In this document: positions 26,598 through 32,000 of the stretch, in pieces
How the letters are laid out: every line of letters starts with the position of its first letter
Position numbering within the stretch: the first letter of the stretch is position 1
NCBI RefSeq assembly: GCF_014280195.1
Contig: NZ_CP047960.1
Location: 1,980,001-2,012,000 of the forward strand
DNA from: Synechococcus sp. A15-24
GTDB taxonomy: Bacteria; Cyanobacteriota; Cyanobacteriia; PCC-6307; Cyanobiaceae
Direction of reading: 5' to 3'
DNA: 32,000 nt
Notes under the pieces: generated by a model
The model's input: the letters and a program-made list of their open reading frames with translations, nothing else
Databases searched by the model: none
What the model was told of the DNA's origin: nothing
Translations under genes and position numbers: made by a program

Positions 26598-28188
26598 GTC
26601 TGCGCAGCAGCGTGTCCGTCTGGCCGCAGCACTGTTCCTGCTGATCGGCTGCGCCTTGCAGTGGTGGCGTATGCAATCCCTCACAGCCTCCATGGACCAG
26701 GGCATCCTGATGCAGGTGCTCTGGAACGGCCTGCGGGGGCACCCCTTCGAGAGCACGCTCTCGTCGCAGCTGTCCACCAACGTGATCCACAGCGATGAGC
26801 TGCCCGCCCTCGGTTACCACCGGCTCGGGCAGCACTTCACCCCAATCCTGGCGTTATGGATTCCGCTGGTGGGGCTGCTGGGGAAATGGGCCCTTCCGAT
26901 GCTGCAGGTGGTGCTGATCACCGCTGCTGGGCTGGTGCTGCACCGGTTGGCGCAACGGCAGCTCAAGCCCGACCTGGCGGCCCTGGTCACCATCGCGTTT
27001 TACGGCGCAAATGCGGTGATCGCGCCCTGCATGCTCAGCAACTTCACCGATCTCAGTCAGCTGCCGTTGTGCGTGTTTCTGCTGCTGCTGGGGCTGGAGC
27101 GCCAGCAGCGCTGGCTCACATGGGCAGCCGCTCTTTCCATTCCCCTGATTCGGGAGGACACCGGCGTTGTGCTGATGGGAGTTGGGATCTGGCTGGGTCT
27201 GCGCCGTAGGGGGCGCTGGCCGATGGCCGTGACGTTGATCCTGTTCGGTGGCGGATGGGTGGCCCTGTCCACCAACGTTCTGATGCCGTTGTTCAGCGCA
27301 GACAACGCCCAACGGTTCATGGTGGAGAACTTCGGGCAATACCTGGAAGGCCGCGACCAGGCCAGCAGCCTGGAGGTGCTTGGGCTAGTGCTGCGCCAGC
27401 CTCTGGTTCTGCTGCGCGAACTGGTGTCGCCACCGGGCAACACCATCACCTACCTACTGGCCCAGGGCTTACCGCTGATCCTGGTGCCCTTCATCTCGAT
27501 CGACAGCTGGCTGCTGATGGGGCTGCCACTGCTGGGGTTGCTCCTGGCCCAGGGCTTCAACAATCCGCTGTCCATCAGCATCCGATACACCTTTCTGGTG
27601 GTGCCGGGGCTGTTCGCTGGAGCCGTGCTCTGGTGGCGCAGCCGTCAGGGGCTGTTCGAATCTCGCCGCCTGCGCCGGATCTGGGCTGGCGCCATCGCCC
27701 TGTCCTGTTTGTTCACTGTGACGGCCAATCCAAACCAGAGCTTGTCCTGGATGATTCCAGACAGCATCCAACCCTGGATCTACCGGGATCCCGTGGCCCA
27801 GTTCCGCCATGGCCAGCGGGCCCTTGCTTTGATCCAGACCATTCCAGACAACAGCAGTGTTGCGGCCACCACGGGCCTGATCCCCCACCTGGCCAATCGT
27901 GAAGTCCTGATCCGCTTTCCGTACCACGACCGTTATCAGAATCAGGATGGCCAACCCGTTCCGGTGGAGTGGGTTGCGGCCGATCTCCACAACCAGCGCC
28001 TGTTTCAGACGTTTCGAAAACAGCGCAAGGGTCTGAAGCGCAATCTCCGCCAGCTCAATGAGCTGTCGGATCAGGGGTATGGCGTTGTTGCCTTCGACGA
28101 TGACGTCGTCCTGCTGCAACGACAGGCCCAAACTGATGCAGTGGCACAACAGGCGTTCAATGCACTCTTTAGATCTTTAAATTTCTGA
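26560..28188 (+). CDS. DUF2079-family polytopic membrane protein (paralogue 3)
   Basis: SMDQGILMQVLWNGLRGHPFESTLSSQLSTNVIHSDELPALGYHRLGQHFTP. It overlaps the previous gene by 38 nt and is collinear with paralogue 1 along its whole length. Confidence 0.72.
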   Translation: MASLQTPDPRSAESAQQRVRLAAALFLLIGCALQWWRMQSLTASMDQGILMQVLWNGLRGHPFESTLSSQLSTNVIHSDELPALGYHRLGQHFTPILALWIPLVGLLGKWALPMLQVVLITAAGLVLHRLAQRQLKPDLAALVTIAFYGANAVIAPCMLSNFTDLSQLPLCVFLLLLGLERQQRWLTWAAALSIPLIREDTGVVLMGVGIWLGLRRRGRWPMAVTLILFGGGWVALSTNVLMPLFSADNAQRFMVENFGQYLEGRDQASSLEVLGLVLRQPLVLLRELVSPPGNTITYLLAQGLPLILVPFISIDSWLLMGLPLLGLLLAQGFNNPLSISIRYTFLVVPGLFAGAVLWWRSRQGLFESRRLRRIWAGAIALSCLFTVTANPNQSLSWMIPDSIQPWIYRDPVAQFRHGQRALALIQTIPDNSSVAATTGLIPHLANREVLIRFPYHDRYQNQDGQPVPVEWVAADLHNQRLFQTFRKQRKGLKRNLRQLNELSDQGYGVVAFDDDVVLLQRQAQTDAVAQQAFNALFRSLNF

Positions 28189-28202
28189 ACTATGTCATCT
28201 CA

Positions 28203-28228
28203 ACAAAAAAGCCCCCCTTTCGGGGGGC
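28203..28228 (-). terminator. rho-independent terminator of psbD
   Basis: The minus strand reads GCCCCCC-GAAA-GGGGGGC followed by UUUUUUGUU. There is no U-tract on the plus-strand side. Confidence 0.85.
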
Positions 28229-28249
28229 TAATAACGATCACATTCTAGA

Positions 28250-29305
28250 TCAGAGGGCGTTACCACGGGGCAGAACCTCTTCAGGGAAGACGAAGTTTTC
28301 GTGCGGCTGGTCAGCCGGTGCCATCCAGGCACGCAGACCTTCATTCAGAAGGATGTTCTTGGTGTAGAAGGTCTCGAATTCGGGATCTTCTGCAGCGCGA
28401 ATTTCCTGCGACACGAAGTCGTAGGCACGCAGGTTGAGGGCGAGGCCGATGATGCCGATGGAGCTGGTCCACAGGCCCATCACAGGCACGAACAGCATGA
28501 AGAAGTGCAGCCAGCGCTTGTTGGAGAAGGCGATACCGAAGATCTGACTCCAGAAGCGGTTGGCGGTGACCATGGAATAGGTCTCTTCTTCCTGAGTGGG
28601 CTCGAACGCCTTGAAGGTGTTGGCCTGCTCGCCGTCCTCAAACAGGGTGTTTTCCACGGTTGCGCCGTGAATGGCGCAAAGCAGTGCACCGCCGAGGATG
28701 CCGGCGACGCCCATCATGTGAAAGGGATTCAGGGTCCAGTTGTGGAAGCCCTGGAGGAAGAGGAGGAAGCGGAAGATCGCAGCCACACCGAAGGATGGCG
28801 CGAAGAACCAGCTGCTCTGACCGAGGGGGTACATCAGGAAGACGCTGACGAACACCGCGATCGGGCCGGAGAAGGCGATGGCGTTGTACGGGCGGATGCC
28901 CACCAGACGAGCGATCTCGAACTGACGCAGCATGAAGCCGATCAGCGCGAAGGCGCCGTGCAGGGCCACGAAGGCCCATAGGCCGCCGAGCTGACACCAG
29001 CGAACGAAGTCGCCTTGGGCTTCAGGGCCCCAGAGCAGCAGCAGGCTGTGACCCATCGCATCAGCGGGGGTGGAGACAGCAGCAGTGAGGAAGTTGCAAC
29101 CTTCCAGGTACGAGGAGGCAATGCCGTGGGTGTACCAGGAGGTGACGAAGGTGGTGCCTGTGAGCCAGCCACCGATGGCCAAGTAGGCCGTGGGGAAAAG
29201 GAGGATGCCGGACCAGCCGACAAAAACGAAGCGGTCGCGCTTGAGCCAGTCATCGAGGATGTCGAACCATCCCCGCTGAGGCGCGCGTCCTACAGCGATC
29301 GTCAT
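28250..29305 (-). CDS. psbD: photosystem II reaction-centre protein D2
   Basis: The 351-aa translation is unmistakably D2 ([33 protein letters not shown]...[31 protein letters not shown]...[11 protein letters not shown]). Confidence 0.98.
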   Translation of the reverse strand: MTIAVGRAPQRGWFDILDDWLKRDRFVFVGWSGILLFPTAYLAIGGWLTGTTFVTSWYTHGIASSYLEGCNFLTAAVSTPADAMGHSLLLLWGPEAQGDFVRWCQLGGLWAFVALHGAFALIGFMLRQFEIARLVGIRPYNAIAFSGPIAVFVSVFLMYPLGQSSWFFAPSFGVAAIFRFLLFLQGFHNWTLNPFHMMGVAGILGGALLCAIHGATVENTLFEDGEQANTFKAFEPTQEEETYSMVTANRFWSQIFGIAFSNKRWLHFFMLFVPVMGLWTSSIGIIGLALNLRAYDFVSQEIRAAEDPEFETFYTKNILLNEGLRAWMAPADQPHENFVFPEEVLPRGNAL

Positions 29306-29469
29306 GAGAAAGGCGCTTCATGAAGCGTTACACGACAACCCTAGGTGTTGTTTTCCGTCCTGGAGCAAGAAATCCGTACCAGGGCGAAACGATGAGTAAA
29401 AATGCCCAGGCGTGAACAGTCAGGCGCGCTGCTGCTCCGCGAGAATGAGCGCCTTGAGACATCAATGCC

Positions 29470-29733
29470 GTGTACGTCATCGAACTGGCCCTGCGCATGA
29501 GCCCCGTCCCGGTGTCCGTACAGCGCAAGGAGGCCGAGGCCGCTGAAGCTCTTTATCAGCAGATCCGACAAGCCCTGGAGAGCGGTCAACCCCGCCTGCT
29601 GGAGCTCACCTGCGAGAAAGTGGAGGGCAAGAAAGTCACCCTGCTGATCAGTGAGGTTCTCGCCGTTCAGCTTTATGAAAAGACTGCGGCGACGGGCGGC
29701 AGCAAGCGCCCCGGCTTCTCCTTTGACTCCTGA
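29470..29733 (+). CDS. conserved cyanobacterial hypothetical protein (87 aa)
   Basis: The start is GTG: [50 protein letters not shown].... I recognise this as a conserved small cyanobacterial ORF but cannot name a family. It overlaps the start of the downstream ABC ATPase. Confidence 0.6.
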
Positions 29734-30412
29734 GACCGCGACCGCTGAGCTTCGGATCACAGGCCTGAGCCATCGCTGGGCCAATGAGCAGAGGGTTCTT
29801 GACGAATGCAATCTCGTCATCCCGAAGCCTGGACTCTGGATGCTGGTGGGTTGCAACGGCAGTGGCAAAAGCACCCTGTTTCGCCTGATCGCAGGGCTGA
29901 TCGAACCGCAATCCGGATCGATCAGCTCCGACCATCGATCCGCTCTGGTGTTTCAGAACCCGGATCATCAATTACTCCTGCCGAGCTGCTGCAGCGATCT
30001 GTTGTTGGGCATGGATCAAGGCCTCGACAACAGCGAACGTCGCGAACGAGTCCGACTGCGGCTGGAGGAACTGGGGCTGGCAGGGCTGGAGCGTCGACCG
30101 ATCCATGCCCTCAGTGGCGGCCAGAAACAGCGACTAGCCATTGCCGGAGCTCTGGCCAGCGAGGCGAGCCTGCTGTTGCTGGATGAGCCGACGGCTTTGC
30201 TCGATCCAGACAGTCAGTCCAGCGTGCTCGCCGCCGTTCAGGAGCTTTGCCGACGACCAGAGGCCCCCCTCACAGCGCTGTGGATCACCCACCGGCTCGA
30301 GGAACTGACCTGTGCCGACGGCGCGGCTGAGATGCGTGCGGGGCGTATTGGTCCGTGGATGTCAGGAACAGAACTGCAACGACGCTTGCAGCACGGGAGC
30401 TCTGACAGGTAA
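29723..30412 (+). CDS. ABC transporter ATP-binding protein (ECF/CbiO-like)
   Basis: It has Walker [10 protein letters not shown], signature [15 protein letters not shown] and Walker [13 protein letters not shown]. The start is uncertain: TTG at 29723 (preferred, 11-nt overlap), ATG at 29675 or GTG at 29651. Confidence 0.85.
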
Positions 30413-30428
30413 GTTCTTCGGGAGCCAT

Positions 30429-30500
30429 TCCTCGGTAGCTCAGCGGTAGAGCGGTCGACTGTTAATCGATTGGTCGCAGGTTCGAATCCCGCCCGGGGAG
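30429..30500 (+). tRNA. tRNA-Asn (anticodon GUU)
   Basis: A manual cloverleaf gives acceptor TCCTCGG/CCGGGGA, D arm GCTC-AGCGGTA-GAGC, anticodon arm GTCGA-CTGTTAA-TCGAT and T arm GCAGG-TTCGAAT-CCCGC, with discriminator G. No CCA is encoded. Confidence 0.9.
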
Positions 30501-30506
30501 CTTTCA

Positions 30507-30534
30507 AGCCACAGCAAACGCTGTGGCTTTTTTT
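30507..30534 (+). terminator. rho-independent terminator after tRNA-Asn
   Basis: AGCCACAGC-AAAC-GCTGTGGCT followed by a T-tract. Confidence 0.85.
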
Positions 30535-30780
30535 ATTGACAAAAAAGGAATTTTCATGACAACCGATTGCCCGAAGCGGAAGACTTCCTGAACAGCCACC
30601 TCGGCTCAGCCGATTACCAAGGCGCAAGATCGCTTGCAGCACAGCGGTTCTCAGAGATCAACCTGAAATTCCTTCCACAACGCAAAATCTGCAGACACCC
30701 GAAAAGCTTGAGAGAATCCTTTAAGCGTCGTTCCAGAAGACCAGCGCTCCGTTTTCTTTTCTTGTTCCGCCCCCAGATCG

Positions 30781-31569
30781 ATGAAGCCTTGCATCCTGCT
30801 GATCGAAGACGACCAGGACATGCGCGACCTGGTGAGTGGTCATTTGGAGCACAGCGGCTTCGACGTTCAAAGGGCCGATGACGGCATCAAGGGCCAGGCC
30901 CTAGCGCTCCAGTACACGCCGGATCTGATCCTGCTGGACCTGATGCTGCCCAAAGTCGATGGCCTGACCCTCTGTCAGCGCCTGCGCCGCGATGACCGCA
31001 CCTCCGGCATCCCGATCCTGATGCTCACGGCCCTCGGCGGCACCAAGGACAAGGTCAGTGGTTTCAACTCAGGCGCCGACGACTACCTAACCAAGCCCTT
31101 CGATCTGGAGGAGCTGCAAGCGCGGGTGAAGGCACTCCTCCGCCGCAGTGATCGTGCTCCCGTGGGCTCGAGCAACCACAACGAAATCCTCAGCTACGGA
31201 CCGCTCACCCTCGTGCCCGAGCGGTTTGAAGCCATCTGGTTTGACACCCCGGTGCGGCTCACCCACCTGGAATTCGAACTGCTCCACTGCCTGTTGCAAC
31301 GCCACGGACAGACTGTCGCTCCATCCCTGATTCTCAAAGAGGTCTGGGGTTACGAACCGGACGACGACATCGAAACCATTCGCGTTCACGTGCGTCATTT
31401 GCGCACCAAGCTTGAACCTGACCCGCGCAAGCCTCGCTTCATCAAGACCGTCTACGGAGCCGGCTACTGCCTTGAGTTGCCGATCGGTGGCGAACTGGAC
31501 GACCTTCAGGATGTTGTCGCCATTGCCCGCAATGAGCGCAAGCAGGAAAGCGAACGGGCCAGCGCCTGA
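30781..31569 (+). CDS. rpaA: OmpR-family response regulator RpaA (circadian/global output regulator)
   Basis: [18 protein letters not shown]...[53 protein letters not shown]...[41 protein letters not shown]...[36 protein letters not shown] closely matches the RpaA sequence as I remember it. Confidence 0.88.
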   Translation: MKPCILLIEDDQDMRDLVSGHLEHSGFDVQRADDGIKGQALALQYTPDLILLDLMLPKVDGLTLCQRLRRDDRTSGIPILMLTALGGTKDKVSGFNSGADDYLTKPFDLEELQARVKALLRRSDRAPVGSSNHNEILSYGPLTLVPERFEAIWFDTPVRLTHLEFELLHCLLQRHGQTVAPSLILKEVWGYEPDDDIETIRVHVRHLRTKLEPDPRKPRFIKTVYGAGYCLELPIGGELDDLQDVVAIARNERKQESERASA

Positions 31570-31572
31570 GCC

Positions 31573-32000
31573 TTATCCACCGGTTGTCAGCTCCAGCAAC
31601 GCCACCTCCCAGGCGAGGCGTGGCTGAACGAACGACAGCAATTGGCGCCGCAGTGTTTCCAGGCGTTGCAACGGTCGATCACCGGCACCACGGGCCCACA
31701 GCTGTTGCTGCCACCAGTTGATCAACCACAGCTGTTGCTCACCATTGAGGGCTTCACACACATCCCTGGCGAGAGCCAAGGCTTCCATGGGTTGATCAGG
31801 CATCAATGCCAATCGCCCTGTGAGCTCCTCGGGCAAGCCTGCCCGCTGGCGCCGATGCTCCAGCAGAGCACCCGGTGATCCAGCCGCCATGGCCAGCAGC
31901 TCCGGCGGATCCTGCTCCAGCGCTCCACAACCCTCCAGCACACGATTCAGATCCGCCTGGGCAAGCCGCAGGAAGCGAATCAGCTGACATCGTGAGCGGA
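31573..32000 (-). CDS. holB: 3' part of DNA polymerase III delta-prime subunit-like gene (5' end outside window)
   Basis: The frame is open from nt 32000 to the TAA at 31573. The helical C-terminal domain is Leu/Trp-rich (QQLWLINWWQQQLW). The position convergent to rpaA matches the rpaA-holB neighbourhood I recall from S. elongatus. Sequence evidence on its own is weak. Confidence 0.5.
   Translation of the reverse strand, partial: RSRCQLIRFLRLAQADLNRVLEGCGALEQDPPELLAMAAGSPGALLEHRRQRAGLPEELTGRLALMPDQPMEALALARDVCEALNGEQQLWLINWWQQQLWARGAGDRPLQRLETLRRQLLSFVQPRLAWEVALLELTTGG

Noticed and set aside
28301-28981. 226-aa plus-strand ORF antisense to psbD.
   Set aside because: psbD on the opposite strand is certain, so this is a shadow ORF.
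30536-30541. Perfect TTGACA hexamer just after the tRNA terminator, as a -35 box for rpaA.
   Set aside because: No acceptable -10 (TAnnnT) lies 16-18 nt downstream, and the hexamer sits ~240 nt from the rpaA ATG. This is too weak to call.
30238-30642. 134-aa minus-strand ORF spanning the ABC-ATPase 3' end, tRNA-Asn and its terminator.
   Set aside because: It overlaps a canonical tRNA and a terminator and shows no coding signal.
30429-30780. tRNA-Asn as an integration hotspot with an adjacent mobile element.
   Set aside because: Downstream is only a 240-nt spacer and the core gene rpaA. There is no att-like repeat of the tRNA 3' end and no integrase.
1-32000. Search for CRISPR arrays, toxin-antitoxin pairs, restriction-modification or other defence genes, IS elements and prophage remnants.
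   Set aside because: No regularly spaced direct repeats were seen, and no ORFs carry nuclease, methylase, transposase or integrase motifs. All sizeable ORFs are accounted for by housekeeping, envelope or photosynthesis functions.

Overview
The window looks like a high-GC marine picocyanobacterial (Synechococcus-like) chromosome segment, judged from psbD, ndhO, pds/crtP, rpaA, SLH-OprB (Som-type) porins and frequent GTG/TTG starts. All calls come from reading the ORF translations and the DNA by eye; no searches were run.

- **1-14.1 kb:** densely packed core genes: DUF751-rbfA-GH3 glycosidase, GT2-TPR, hemD, a pds-SRPBCC-lipoprotein operon, an IscA/HesB protein, a TPR protein, an LpxB-related protein, a TIGR01777 epimerase-like protein, ndhO, and a GT39-like/J-domain/cysK operon.
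- **14.1-21.6 kb:** a visibly lower-GC tandem array of minus-strand SLH-OprB porin genes. It holds three intact genes, one pseudogene with two frameshifts, and one 130-nt chimeric remnant. The array carries the signature of a ~2.1 kb tandem duplication followed by partial homogenisation.
- **Porin RNA signals (the most interesting feature):** two copies of a Yfr1-like RNA module lie directly 3' of two porin genes. Each has a UUCG-capped hairpin, an unpaired UUCCUCACACAG stretch and a GC-rich terminator. The unpaired core is exactly complementary to the Shine-Dalgarno regions of the neighbouring porin 5' UTRs.
- **21.8-28.2 kb:** a tight plus-strand cluster of three DUF2079 membrane proteins around an ArnT/PMT-like GT39 glycosyltransferase. 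This is a candidate uncharacterised GT-C-type envelope glycosylation module.
- **28.2-32 kb:** a stand-alone psbD copy, a small conserved ORF coupled to an ECF/CbiO-like ABC ATPase, tRNA-Asn(GUU), rpaA and the 3' part of a holB-like gene.

No CRISPR arrays, transposases, integrases or phage genes were seen.
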